From: Escherichia phage JoYop | DNA: 64,000 nt | Direction: 5' to 3' (one strand) | Sequence record: OR769032.1 | Shown: positions 28,610 to 37,564 of the stretch, in pieces | Numbering within the stretch: position 1 is the stretch's first letter | Layout: each line of letters opens with the position of its first letter | The notes under the pieces: model-generated | Database searches by the model: none | Seen by the model: only the letters and a program-made list of their open reading frames with translations | Told to the model about the DNA's origin: nothing | Translations under genes and position numbers: made by a program

Positions 28610-28953
28610 CTAGTACTCAATCCTCGATTATAAGAATCTACTAAACGGTCAACCATTGAACGACAAGCGGCTTTGTCTTTTTCCTCCGCAACTGAACATT
28701 CTAAGGTATTCCACTTTTTAGCATATCGTTTTAATAATGTATCGTTTTTGTATCTACTTGTTTTATCTCTTTCTCCGTCTTTATATGCATATATTAATTT
28801 CTGCGCAAACTCAGATTGACATGCTTTATTTTTCCCACAATAATCTGCCGCAGTGCGGTTCACATACTCCCTAATTTCAGTATATGATGTATCTGCTGAC
28901 GCATAAGCAGAAAATGAAATTAATCCTATACATAAAACCAAAATTTTAGTCAT
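28606..28953 (-). CDS. secreted or periplasmic small protein
   Basis: 115 aa; N-terminal signal peptide MTKILVLCIGLISFSAYASA; 4 Cys in mature part. Confidence 0.45.
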   Translation of the reverse strand: MTKILVLCIGLISFSAYASADTSYTEIREYVNRTAADYCGKNKACQSEFAQKLIYAYKDGERDKTSRYKNDTLLKRYAKKWNTLECSVAEEKDKAACRSMVDRLVDSYNRGLSTR

Positions 28954-29491
28954 TTACTATTTCCAAAAGTTTATTATTTTTAAGGTAATTAGCCTTTTCT
29001 AGGACTTCAGAAGCATATTTAGAACCTGCTTTAACATTCCATCCCGAATTATAAGAGGATATTGCTTTTCTTATATCGCCCTTATGTATATTTAACCAAT
29101 AAGAAAGTTCAATGTACGCCCATGAAGCTGAATTGGATCGTTTATTCAACATTCTTTTTATTTCAGCATCGGTCATATTATAACCAAGTTCCTTAACTCT
29201 TGCTCTCATAGTAGGCAAATAATTTTGGAACATTCCATAAGCGTGATGCTTTGGTTTAGATTTTAAATTAACTCCGCCAGAGCTTTCTTGCCATAAAATG
29301 GCTGCCATTATATGACCTAATCCACTCTTATGAACATTTTGGTGTGTTTTATATTTTCCATCCTTAGAAAACTGTTCCCCGAATTGATACGCGTAACGCA
29401 TGTTATCGAGTTGGACATTACTGAAAGTATGCTCGGAGCTATGTGCCATCATTGAAATGGCCAATAGACCAGCGAGTAGTGCTTTTCTCAT
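28946..29491 (-). CDS. secreted lytic transglycosylase-like protein (SLT/GH23-like)
   Basis: 181 aa; signal peptide MRKALLAGLLAISMMAHS; SLT-type motifs WQESSGG and AYGMFQ, later SYNSG. Confidence 0.55.
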   Translation of the reverse strand: MRKALLAGLLAISMMAHSSEHTFSNVQLDNMRYAYQFGEQFSKDGKYKTHQNVHKSGLGHIMAAILWQESSGGVNLKSKPKHHAYGMFQNYLPTMRARVKELGYNMTDAEIKRMLNKRSNSASWAYIELSYWLNIHKGDIRKAISSYNSGWNVKAGSKYASEVLEKANYLKNNKLLEIVND

Positions 29492-29498
29492 GTTTGCC

Positions 29499-29960
29499 TC
29501 ATTGAGTTTTAATTACTGCTTTAGAAGCCTTTCCTGGTAAACGACGACTGTTGATAATTGCCATCCTGCATTGAAGTGACGGGTCTTTGAACTTCTCATT
29601 AGGTTTACAAACCGTAAATCCAAGCCAAAGATTTCCATCAGTGATTTCTAAACGTCCAGGGCGATATTCAATTCCATCGATAAAATCTTCATCAATATCA
29701 GGACGCGGAGGCATACTCAGGAATTCATTAACTTCTAAAACATGGTCTTTTATTTTATGGAATAATTCAAAAACATATGTCTCATCAATCTCCCGTTGAA
29801 TTGCACGATCAAGAAGATGCTGAGAATATTTTAGATGAAACGATGAGACCCCTGCTGCTTTTGATGCCTCACGAATCTCATTGTTAATTTGACGAAACTC
29901 CGACTCAAAGTGACGACGAAGCTTATTTCGACGGATAAAAACTTCTGTGTTGATAGTCAT
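29499..29960 (-). CDS. regB: Site-specific endoribonuclease RegB
   Basis: 153 aa MTINTEVFIRRNKLRRHFESEFRQ... recognised as T4 RegB. Confidence 0.85.
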   Translation of the reverse strand: MTINTEVFIRRNKLRRHFESEFRQINNEIREASKAAGVSSFHLKYSQHLLDRAIQREIDETYVFELFHKIKDHVLEVNEFLSMPPRPDIDEDFIDGIEYRPGRLEITDGNLWLGFTVCKPNEKFKDPSLQCRMAIINSRRLPGKASKAVIKTQ

Positions 29961-29987
29961 GTTATTCTCCTCTTAACTGATAGAAAA

Positions 29988-30017
29988 ATTATACCACAGT
30001 CAAGAGGAAAAGTAAAC
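29988..30017 (-). promoter_or_regulatory. T4-type early promoter
   Basis: Minus strand GTTTACT-(18 nt)-TGG-TATAAT. Confidence 0.55.
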
Positions 30018-30019
30018 AG

Positions 30020-30298
30020 TTATTCTTTAAATCTGATCAATTTATTCATAGACTTTGAAACTTCTGCACGAACCTCATGCAGATTTTTGAGCTGTTCAAG
30101 ACGCTGCGTATAGTAAGCAATTTCATCTTCTTCAAGACAGTCCTGCGAATCTTCTTTAAGATAGCGTGCATAATCCTGGAAAGCATTACGAATTACTTCT
30201 TGGAAGTCATCAAGACTTTGAATTTTCTTAGGAGCGGCAGATACACGACGAGGTGCAGTATAATACTCATAACCAAACCCTGCGCTTAATTGAGCCAT
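30020..30298 (-). CDS. hypothetical protein
   Basis: Track start GTG; ATG at 30298 in TAATG overlap with upstream gene. Confidence 0.4.
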   Translation of the reverse strand: MAQLSAGFGYEYYTAPRRVSAAPKKIQSLDDFQEVIRNAFQDYARYLKEDSQDCLEEDEIAYYTQRLEQLKNLHEVRAEVSKSMNKLIRFKE

Positions 30299-30564
30299 TA
30301 GTATTTTTCCTCTGGTTGGAACACAGCACGGCAAGCCCACATACTTGCTTCTTTGAGTTTCGTTTTAGCAATAGTTAACTGATCGAGGCTTTCGGCGTAA
30401 TTCTTCGCGAGTTCATCATCTTCACAGCTATCAAATGCTTCCCAAAATTCATCGTATAAAGCATCAAAGATAAGTCCTAAACGAACTTCAGCGTCTTTGA
30501 TAGCATTTACTTTACCGATTTTTTCGTCGGTATGTGGCTTATAACCTTTAATATCTTCAATCAT
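30298..30564 (-). CDS. hypothetical acidic protein
   Basis: Track start TTG; ATG at 30564 with GAGGAAG SD. Confidence 0.4.
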   Translation of the reverse strand: MIEDIKGYKPHTDEKIGKVNAIKDAEVRLGLIFDALYDEFWEAFDSCEDDELAKNYAESLDQLTIAKTKLKEASMWACRAVFQPEEKY

Positions 30565-30778
30565 ATTTGACTTCCTCACCAGTGCATAAATCGTATTCAA
30601 CTAAACGAATAGGTTCATGAATGCCATATCCTTGAACAGATATTTCTGTCGTAGGATAAATTCCATCAATATCACCCATATTCCACGCTTCATTAAATTG
30701 CTGTTCGCCTGAATTACTAAACCACTCGGCGAAAGCATTTAGCACATCTTTAGAACCTTCAATAATTATCTTTGCCAT
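30557..30778 (-). CDS. hypothetical protein
   Basis: 73-aa ORF, ATG start. Confidence 0.4.
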   Translation of the reverse strand: MAKIIIEGSKDVLNAFAEWFSNSGEQQFNEAWNMGDIDGIYPTTEISVQGYGIHEPIRLVEYDLCTGEEVKYD

Positions 30779-31140
30779 TACAGACTCTCGGTAAAGGTAC
30801 GAGCGATAACGTCGCGCTGCTGTTCCGGAGTCAGAGAGTTAAAGCGAACTGCATAACCTGATACACGGATGGTCAGCTGCGGATATTTTTCCGGATGCTT
30901 AACTGCATCTTCCAGAGTTTCACGACGCAGAACGTTAACGTTCAGGTGCTGACCACCTTCAATTTTAACTGTAGGCTGTGGCTCAATTTCAATTTCACGG
31001 GCATGCAAACCATAGAAAATTTCTGGGTCTACAAAAGAGTCCTCTTTAAAGGTTTTAGAAACGATAATTCGTGCTTGAATACCATCTTCAAAATAAATAG
31101 TACCTTTGTGCGTGCCTTCAAGAATTTGATATGCTTTCAT
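30778..31140 (-). CDS. Autonomous glycyl radical cofactor GrcA/YfiD-like protein
   Basis: 120 aa; C-terminal half [61 protein letters not shown] is the pyruvate formate-lyase glycyl-radical domain signature (RVSGY). Confidence 0.8.
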   Translation of the reverse strand: MKAYQILEGTHKGTIYFEDGIQARIIVSKTFKEDSFVDPEIFYGLHAREIEIEPQPTVKIEGGQHLNVNVLRRETLEDAVKHPEKYPQLTIRVSGYAVRFNSLTPEQQRDVIARTFTESL

Positions 31141-31147
31141 ATAAACC

Positions 31148-31477
31148 TCAATTAGAAAATAAATTTATCCAAGATTGTTCTTTAATTAAAAATGGCTCAG
31201 AATCATATGCCATTAAACTCTGGGTAATTAATCCTTTAAATGGTCCATCAATAAATTCCATTGTAAAATATGGAATTTTATTCATTAACCGTGCATTAGG
31301 AGCAGTGCACAAAACTCTGCATCCTTTGAATACGCCTTTCTGCAATTTATACTGCTTAGGATAAAATTCGCTCAAAATGTTGTTATTTGCCAAAATTTCA
31401 AAATGATTCACCAATTTATTTTTAATAGTTTTTGGCGAAAAATAAAGATATTCGAAAAGCTGTGCATCTGTCATCAT
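31148..31477 (-). CDS. hypothetical protein
   Basis: ATG at 31477 in overlapping ATGATGA junction. Confidence 0.4.
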   Translation of the reverse strand: MMTDAQLFEYLYFSPKTIKNKLVNHFEILANNNILSEFYPKQYKLQKGVFKGCRVLCTAPNARLMNKIPYFTMEFIDGPFKGLITQSLMAYDSEPFLIKEQSWINLFSN

Positions 31478-32061
31478 TGCATTCCGATTACGAAAAACTG
31501 TGGACGAGTAATACCACCAATGCAGCATTTACTTTTACAGCAATGTTGCACAGTGTCAATATGAATGTCGTAAATCTTATCCATATCAGGAGATTTAACG
31601 GGCTCATCAATTATATACAAAATTCGTGAAAGCGATAAACCTCTGAACTTGCTTCCTTTATTACCAATAAAACTGCGCACAGAATCAGTAAATAAACGAA
31701 AACGTATATCATCGTTAGAATAACGCGAAAATTCCTTTTTAATGTTATTTGCAGAAATTTTAGCGTAAGCTGAAGTATTAGAAAGAACAATAACTGTTCC
31801 GCCATCATACAACCAATTGGCAGCAAAATTAGTCACAGCAATTGATTTACCGGATTGACGTCCACCGTCAAGTCGAAGTGTGCAGTACTGTTTAAGTAAG
31901 TCTTCAAATGGCGGGATATATTCGTTTTTACAAATTTCTTCTACTCTAGCATCAGAATGGTGTGTAAAAGCATTCATCAGGGATAGATAAGGACCAGTCA
32001 AAAATGTTCTCATTTTGTTCTCTCTAGATTTGGGCCATTCCATGGCGCATGAATTGTCCAT
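31474..32061 (-). CDS. hypothetical protein with P-loop-like motif
   Basis: 195 aa; GGRQSGKS resembles a Walker A; ATG start. Confidence 0.45.
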   Translation of the reverse strand: MDNSCAMEWPKSRENKMRTFLTGPYLSLMNAFTHHSDARVEEICKNEYIPPFEDLLKQYCTLRLDGGRQSGKSIAVTNFAANWLYDGGTVIVLSNTSAYAKISANNIKKEFSRYSNDDIRFRLFTDSVRSFIGNKGSKFRGLSLSRILYIIDEPVKSPDMDKIYDIHIDTVQHCCKSKCCIGGITRPQFFVIGMQ

Positions 32062-32093
32062 TCCTGTATTTACCCCTCCAAGTAATTATGAAT

Positions 32094-32123
32094 ATACTAT
32101 CACAATTCTAGGAGAAAGTAAAC
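32094..32123 (-). promoter_or_regulatory. T4-type early promoter
   Basis: Minus strand GTTTACT-(18 nt)-TGA-TAGTAT. Confidence 0.45.
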
Positions 32124-32125
32124 TG

Positions 32126-32428
32126 TTATTTACCTTTAATTACTTTAGCTGCTTCGATAGCCGCTTGCTGAAGGTCATCCATAGACATACCGAATTTAGA
32201 AGCAAAGTTATCAATTTTCTTTTCGACAGCATTCAAAGGCTTGGCCTGTTTACCTTCATTAGCGCCAGGAAGAGCGAGAATACGCTCTTTGTCAATATAA
32301 AGGCTTACAAGTTTCTTACGGTCTTTATCGGACAAATCATGAAATGAATGGGCCTTTTTATTTATAGCGGCTTCTAATTTACCTGCACTCACTCGCGCTT
32401 CAGTAATAAATTCTTGATAGGTTTTCAT
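32126..32428 (-). CDS. ipII: Internal protein II (capsid-targeted)
   Basis: 100 aa starting MKTYQEFITEARVSAGKLEAA, the capsid targeting sequence shared by T4 internal proteins. Confidence 0.7.
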   Translation of the reverse strand: MKTYQEFITEARVSAGKLEAAINKKAHSFHDLSDKDRKKLVSLYIDKERILALPGANEGKQAKPLNAVEKKIDNFASKFGMSMDDLQQAAIEAAKVIKGK

Positions 32429-32468
32429 ATGTTTCCTTTAATGTAAATAGATTTGAGTATTCGTTTTA

Positions 32469-33047
32469 TTAGGAATTACGGGCTGCATTAGCAACGGCGT
32501 AAGCGTACTGAATATTGACGTCTTTAAACGTACCTTTGGAGGTATCTATTTCTGCCTTAAAGCCGCCTTTAGTCATAACATCGGCAAATTCTTTACGGAA
32601 AGCCATTGCATCAAGACCTTTCCATGATGATTTATGCTTAGCAAATTCAAGACCAGCGTAGTTGACAGCCTTAGCTAATTTATTATCAATAACCCATTTA
32701 CCGGCTTTAGGTACAAACACTGGGCCTTTCTGTTTAGAGAATAGTTTTAAATTCCAACGACGAAGGTCACCGTCAGCTTTAACAAAAGCTGCGTCCAAGT
32801 TACTAGCAACAACATCTTGAATATGGCCAAATTTAAGCCCATCAACTTCAATATTTAGATCAGTACGCCAGCGAAGTCCTTCCCAAGCGAAAGCTTTAAA
32901 GTCAGAAGCTTTTGTAGCTAAGTACCGTTCAATAGGAGCCGTTTTAGGGTCAAAGCCGTTTCCCGATCGATAGGTCCACTCATCTTTATTAATGCCTTTG
33001 GCCTTTTCCACAGAAGCTTCAGCGATAAATTCTTTATACGTTTTCAT
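32469..33047 (-). CDS. ipIII: Internal protein III (capsid-targeted)
   Basis: 192 aa starting MKTYKEFIAEASVEKAK; size matches T4 IPIII. Confidence 0.65.
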   Translation of the reverse strand: MKTYKEFIAEASVEKAKGINKDEWTYRSGNGFDPKTAPIERYLATKASDFKAFAWEGLRWRTDLNIEVDGLKFGHIQDVVASNLDAAFVKADGDLRRWNLKLFSKQKGPVFVPKAGKWVIDNKLAKAVNYAGLEFAKHKSSWKGLDAMAFRKEFADVMTKGGFKAEIDTSKGTFKDVNIQYAYAVANAARNS

Positions 33048-33075
33048 GTGTTTCCTTGTTTGTTTTGATAGAGTA

Positions 33076-33105
33076 ATTATACCATATTAATACTTAAGCG
33101 TAAAC
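33076..33105 (-). promoter_or_regulatory. T4-type early promoter
   Basis: Minus strand GTTTAC-(18 nt)-TGG-TATAAT. Confidence 0.55.
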
Positions 33106-33108
33106 TGT

Positions 33109-33369
33109 TTAAGCTTTACCGCCAGAAATAATTCCGAAGTTGTTAAAATCGTATCCAATATCGTCAACATCTACTTTAGGGCTTGCTACAACATAAGCAA
33201 TTTCACTACGTTTTGCATAGGTGTTTATTTCTTTACCATCACCGCCTAGGAAAGAATACCCATTACGTTTTAATGAGCCAAAGTCTTCCGCATCACCAAT
33301 GAAAGCTTTAACTTTAAATTTAGGACCTTTGGCATCTGCTTCAGTGATAAATTCTTGATACATTTTCAT
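33109..33369 (-). CDS. additional internal-protein-like gene with CTS
   Basis: 86 aa starting MKMYQEFITEADAKG. Confidence 0.5.
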   Translation of the reverse strand: MKMYQEFITEADAKGPKFKVKAFIGDAEDFGSLKRNGYSFLGGDGKEINTYAKRSEIAYVVASPKVDVDDIGYDFNNFGIISGGKA

Positions 33370-33375
33370 TTTTCC

Positions 33376-33789
33376 TTAGTAAATTGATTTACCATAGTAT
33401 TTGTACCAAGTAGGACGTTGAGCAATTTTTTCGTCTAAGCGTGCTTGACTTATCGCAATGGACGCTTCGGACGGGACATAATTATTACGAAATTCGGCAG
33501 GGATGTCAGAAATATCCTGGACAGATGTGTCCTTGATTTTGAAACCACGTTTCAAGCATTCGGCGATTAGCTCGATTTGACGTAAACGTAAAAATTCAAG
33601 TTTGTCGTAAAAGAATGTTACATGACCTGTGCCTAAGATAAATGTTGGAGAGATTTTAAAATCCTTTACACGTTTACCGTTTTGAACATGTTTACGGACT
33701 GCACCAAATACGCGTGGTAATTCACGATACTCAGCCATAAGATGTTGGTCGGTCAGTTCAGAAACAAGTGTTAAATTGATACGAGTCAT
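33376..33789 (-). CDS. denV: Endonuclease V (pyrimidine dimer DNA glycosylase) DenV
   Basis: Track start is TTG; from ATG at 33789 the protein reads [35 protein letters not shown]..., recognised as T4 endo V. Confidence 0.9.
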   Translation of the reverse strand: MTRINLTLVSELTDQHLMAEYRELPRVFGAVRKHVQNGKRVKDFKISPTFILGTGHVTFFYDKLEFLRLRQIELIAECLKRGFKIKDTSVQDISDIPAEFRNNYVPSEASIAISQARLDEKIAQRPTWYKYYGKSIY

Positions 33790-33816
33790 AATTTCCTCCA
33801 AGTAGTTGATGAATGT

Positions 33817-33846
33817 ATAGTATCAAAGTCCTTGGAGGAAGTAAAC
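33817..33846 (-). promoter_or_regulatory. T4-type early promoter
   Basis: Minus strand GTTTACT-(18 nt)-TGA-TACTAT. Confidence 0.5.
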
Positions 33847-33847
33847 A

Positions 33848-34129
33848 CTATTTTTCTGAAGCGCCTGAAATATATTTTTCAAGACGTTGTTTCATCAGCG
33901 AGCCGTTCTTAGCGATTTCTTCCGGTTTATCGCACATACGCAACAAAGCTTCAAGCTTAACGATATCACTGGTACGTTCAAATTTGCGAGTATCTATCTT
34001 ACTAGCAAGTTCAGAAATACGTGCTAATAGACTTTCGGCTTCAACCAAAGCTGCACCTAGCTTAGTTGCAAATGTGTCAGTAGCTTCGTTAAGAATAGAT
34101 TCTGATAAAAATTCACTATATGTTTTCAT
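33848..34129 (-). CDS. additional internal-protein-like gene with CTS
   Basis: Track start TTG; ATG at 34129 in ATGA overlap with lysozyme stop; protein starts [16 protein letters not shown]. Confidence 0.5.
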   Translation of the reverse strand: MKTYSEFLSESILNEATDTFATKLGAALVEAESLLARISELASKIDTRKFERTSDIVKLEALLRMCDKPEEIAKNGSLMKQRLEKYISGASEK

Positions 34130-34614
34130 ATATACGCTTTCCAAGTTCCTGTTTTAAATGTTGAGATTACGCGTTTCGCGCGATTAGGTGTCTGACGGTA
34201 CCATTTAGATTGGGCTAGATTTACTGCCGCTTCATCCCAACGTTTCTGTTGAAGCATACGAAGAGAATTAGTAAAACCAGCGACGCCTGCTACACCCATT
34301 TGGAAGACCATATTGACCAACGCACATCGACGAACTGCATCTAAAGAATCATATACCGGTTTAAGTTTAGCATTACCCAAGATTCCGCGAACGGCTTTAT
34401 CAACGTCTTCATTAAATAGCTTTTCAGCCTCATCAAGGGTAATTGTACCGTTGCATTTACGTCCGATCATTCTGTCAAGTTCAGCTTTAGCTACGGCTAA
34501 AGACGGGTTCTTTGTTACTAAATGGCCTATGCCAATCGTCCAAAAGCCTTCAGTGTCTTTGTATAAAGTCAGTCTAAGACCTTCATCTATACGTAACATT
34601 TCAAATATATTCAT
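34126..34614 (-). CDS. e: Endolysin (T4 lysozyme family)
   Basis: 162 aa [32 protein letters not shown]...; catalytic E11/D20/T26 context conserved; about 85 percent identical to recalled T4 lysozyme. Confidence 0.95.
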   Translation of the reverse strand: MNIFEMLRIDEGLRLTLYKDTEGFWTIGIGHLVTKNPSLAVAKAELDRMIGRKCNGTITLDEAEKLFNEDVDKAVRGILGNAKLKPVYDSLDAVRRCALVNMVFQMGVAGVAGFTNSLRMLQQKRWDEAAVNLAQSKWYRQTPNRAKRVISTFKTGTWKAYI

Positions 34615-34627
34615 AATACCTCCTAAG

Positions 34628-34648
34628 TATTTATAGAAGGTATTTATA
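34628..34648 (-). promoter_or_regulatory. two tandem late promoters (TATAAATA) upstream of e
   Basis: Minus strand contains TATAAATA twice (plus-strand TATTTATA at about 34628-34635 and 34641-34648). Confidence 0.5.
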
Positions 34649-34650
34649 AA

Positions 34651-35091
34651 TTAAAAGAGGCTGTTCATTATTCGGTAAAGTGAAGGACCCATCACATATT
34701 GCCACTGAGTACGAGGAATAAGAGCAAAAGCGTCCATCTCTGGAATCATAACGCCATCTTTATTTTCAAAATAAGACTCACAATGGCAATTTCTGAACAT
34801 CTCATGCTCTACTGGAATCATATAATAAAATAGCTGTAAGTCTTTATTACTAGAATATTTAAATACACCTAGGTCTTCTAGAAGGTCTGGATTATAATTA
34901 CTAAAACCAGTCTCTTCTAAGCATTCTCTTCGTGCTGCATCTAGTGCGTTTAAATCAGAATTTTCTACACGGCCCTTTGGAATATCCCAACGATGTGCCA
35001 TCATTCCAGGCTTACGAGAACCAGTAACCCGACCCATAAATAAATCTTTATCTTCTGTCATAAAGATAATACCAGCTGATAATGTTTTCAT
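34651..35091 (-). CDS. nudE: Nudix hydrolase NudE-like
   Basis: Nudix box ...GRVENSDLNALDAARRECLEETGF; ATG at 35091 in ATGA overlap with upstream stop. Confidence 0.7.
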   Translation of the reverse strand: MKTLSAGIIFMTEDKDLFMGRVTGSRKPGMMAHRWDIPKGRVENSDLNALDAARRECLEETGFSNYNPDLLEDLGVFKYSSNKDLQLFYYMIPVEHEMFRNCHCESYFENKDGVMIPEMDAFALIPRTQWQYVMGPSLYRIMNSLF

Positions 35092-35576
35092 TTTAATTTC
35101 CTGCATTCAGTGATAAAGTTATTTAAATTTTGAGTATATTTCTTTTCATCAAAAATCTTTTGCTGCCTACGTAAACGCCATGGCATTTCAATGAACACGC
35201 ACCATATTCCTGATAATATTGCTGCAGTAAAAATATTAACAAATATAGTACAAAGAGCCCAATCTCCTATTCTGTCCATTGGATTTTTTCCAAAGAAGTA
35301 AAATACGAATGATGACACAGGAAGACTGATAATATACCACAGAAGCATATTCTTGTCTGTAAACCAATCAGCGTTCGTTAACTTAGCGCGACCATTATGA
35401 ATACACACGAATTTATCATCTGTTACAGTAGATGGCTTAACTGGTTGATATCCCATTCTAAACTCCCTAATTAAACAGTTTTTCATATCTTCGGAACAGC
35501 CATTCCAGTCAACTCTATCAACTGAAATGCCATCATCCCCATCATCTAAATCATACCAACGAGTTTTTAAAATCAT
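35088..35576 (-). CDS. membrane protein with soluble N-terminal domain (member of tandem C-motif family)
   Basis: Track start is ATT; ATG at 35576; hydrophobic helices then C-terminus NFITECRKLK. Confidence 0.45.
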   Translation of the reverse strand: MILKTRWYDLDDGDDGISVDRVDWNGCSEDMKNCLIREFRMGYQPVKPSTVTDDKFVCIHNGRAKLTNADWFTDKNMLLWYIISLPVSSFVFYFFGKNPMDRIGDWALCTIFVNIFTAAILSGIWCVFIEMPWRLRRQQKIFDEKKYTQNLNNFITECRKLK

Positions 35577-35935
35577 CTGATTTTCCTGCAATCACTCACA
35601 AACTCTTTCATTGATTCATTTTCAATATAAGACATGTAGCTGTTATATTCTTTTAATTGTATTTTGTAATCCTTTTTTCTTTGCCAATTTATTTTAAAAT
35701 TATCATAATGAAAATATAACATGATACCAAAGAATGAAAATGATGAAATCGCTATAGTATAATGAAGTTCACTCCAAACTTCTGTTATAATTACTGTGCC
35801 ATCGATGTTTAAAATAAAACAGTCAATTAACAATCCAATAAGACTACCCGCAAGAGCTGCAGCCAACGCCACAGCAAAAATTAAAAATGACTCAGGAAAC
35901 GAATATTTGACTTTATTTAGTTTTGGCTTTTGCAT
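35573..35935 (-). CDS. two-TM membrane protein (tandem C-motif family)
   Basis: 120 aa; hydrophobic helices; C-terminus KEFVSDCRKIR; ATG start. Confidence 0.45.
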   Translation of the reverse strand: MQKPKLNKVKYSFPESFLIFAVALAAALAGSLIGLLIDCFILNIDGTVIITEVWSELHYTIAISSFSFFGIMLYFHYDNFKINWQRKKDYKIQLKEYNSYMSYIENESMKEFVSDCRKIR

Positions 35936-36309
35936 CGTGATTCCTTAACAAATTTCATAATTTCATCAAATTCATACGCAGCAAGTTTAAGCTGGTGTTC
36001 CTTTTTAATCTTTTTACACTGTGCTTTCCAATCGCGTATGCGTTTACGATAATGTCTTCCTTGATACCAGTATCCTACCCAATTTACAGGTACTAATAAA
36101 AATGGAACTATCATTGGAAGAATTAATGTTGACGCAAATATTATATTAGATTCAATATCAGTCATAACATCTATAACTATTCCAACCCCCAGTAGAATTA
36201 CAAATGATACAGCTATTACAGGACCTATTAATACATCAGTAGAAATTAGCTGGCGCTTTAATTCATACTTCAACGGTTTACTTGGAAGATACATTGATGG
36301 CTTTGACAT
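35917..36309 (-). CDS. two-TM membrane protein (tandem C-motif family)
   Basis: Track start TTG; ATG at 36309; C-terminus KFVKESRCKSQN. Confidence 0.45.
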   Translation of the reverse strand: MSKPSMYLPSKPLKYELKRQLISTDVLIGPVIAVSFVILLGVGIVIDVMTDIESNIIFASTLILPMIVPFLLVPVNWVGYWYQGRHYRKRIRDWKAQCKKIKKEHQLKLAAYEFDEIMKFVKESRCKSQN

Positions 36310-36886
36310 ATTCTCTACATTCCTTAACAAATTTTTCTAATAATAAATCGCTTTCAAAATTAGGATTTTCCACGAATTTATCAAAAAGATCATCAACAAT
36401 GGTTAAAATATTCTTTTTGCTAAGAATACGTTTATTTTCATGCTTCGTTTCAGAATCAACTATAAGAGTAAAGAAATATTTCTTGCCACGAAATTTTACA
36501 GTAGTATCAATATAAAATAAATTTGACTTTTGTAAATTACGTTTAAACCATGCGTCACTTAAACTATAAATGCCAAGATAATCATAATCGTCATTTAAAT
36601 AACAAACTGTCCATTCAGGAGAAATGAAATCAGTAAATTCAACATCAAAATCGCATGTCAATGAATGAATTGATTCAATACTTTTAATGAGTATTCCAGG
36701 ACGTATTAAAGACTTTTTACCTCTACAAAATCTTCCAGAAAGGCTTTCATCAGTTTCATATGAAGACCCCCAATAGTAATTACGTCCTTCTGCCATGCGT
36801 TTAAGAGCATTTAGTAATTGGTCTGGAACATCAACCTGTCTTTGGAACTCTTCAAACATTGAATTGAAATCACTTTGCATTTTCAT
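36278..36886 (-). CDS. hypothetical soluble protein sharing C-terminal motif with the downstream membrane proteins
   Basis: 202 aa; C-terminal LEKFVKECREYVKAIN. Confidence 0.45.
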   Translation of the reverse strand: MKMQSDFNSMFEEFQRQVDVPDQLLNALKRMAEGRNYYWGSSYETDESLSGRFCRGKKSLIRPGILIKSIESIHSLTCDFDVEFTDFISPEWTVCYLNDDYDYLGIYSLSDAWFKRNLQKSNLFYIDTTVKFRGKKYFFTLIVDSETKHENKRILSKKNILTIVDDLFDKFVENPNFESDLLLEKFVKECREYVKAINVSSK

Positions 36887-36906
36887 TCCTATTTACTCCA
36901 AGTAAT

Positions 36907-36922
36907 AGGGGCCGAAGCCCCT
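36907..36922 (-). terminator. GC hairpin (AGGGGC-TTCG-GCCCCT), terminator or RNA structure
   Basis: Perfect inverted repeat in short intergenic gap; no clear U-tract. Confidence 0.3.
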
Positions 36923-36927
36923 TATCA

Positions 36928-37521
36928 TTATTTCAGAGAATTAATGTATTCCTGAACATCGGCAGAGGTGGTTTCAACCCCAGAAATATTACCGTTAAAG
37001 GTTTCAACTCGAGCAAGAGTATCTTCAATATCAACCTTAGTCAGTGCTGCAATTTCAACTACATCATCAGCAGTACTAATTCCAAGGGCATTCGCTGCAC
37101 GAGTTTCACGGATATATTCCAATTTAACTGCAAGTTCTTGGCGAGCATCATCTAACTCAACTACTTTCTTGGCGATTTCAATTCGCATTTCAGCATAACC
37201 ATCAGCTTTAGTAGTTAACTGTTCAGCTGTTCGACGATATAACAAGCCGAGTTTAGCATGCATTGTTACATCTTGACCTTCGGAAAGAAGCTTACGAATT
37301 TCACGCTCTTTTGATTCGGCCTGCTTATTCTTTTCGACAATAAGTTCACGAATACGTTTTTCTTCATTAATAGATTTAACAGAAGCAGTTTTTAGGTCTT
37401 TAATTTTATCAAGTAGTTTTGCTGCTGCAGCAGTATACTGTTCTTCAACAGATAGATTTTTAGCCATAGCAGAACCAAGTTTAGTGCGAATAAACTCAAC
37501 AATTTTCTTCAGTGTGTTCAT
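36928..37521 (-). CDS. PspA/IM30-like coiled-coil protein (tentative)
   Basis: 197 aa, almost entirely heptad-like with A/E/K/R-rich segments reminiscent of phage-shock protein A. Confidence 0.4.
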
Positions 37522-37564
37522 AGTATTTCCTTAGGTTAATTAAGATTTAAAATCCATGAGAGTA

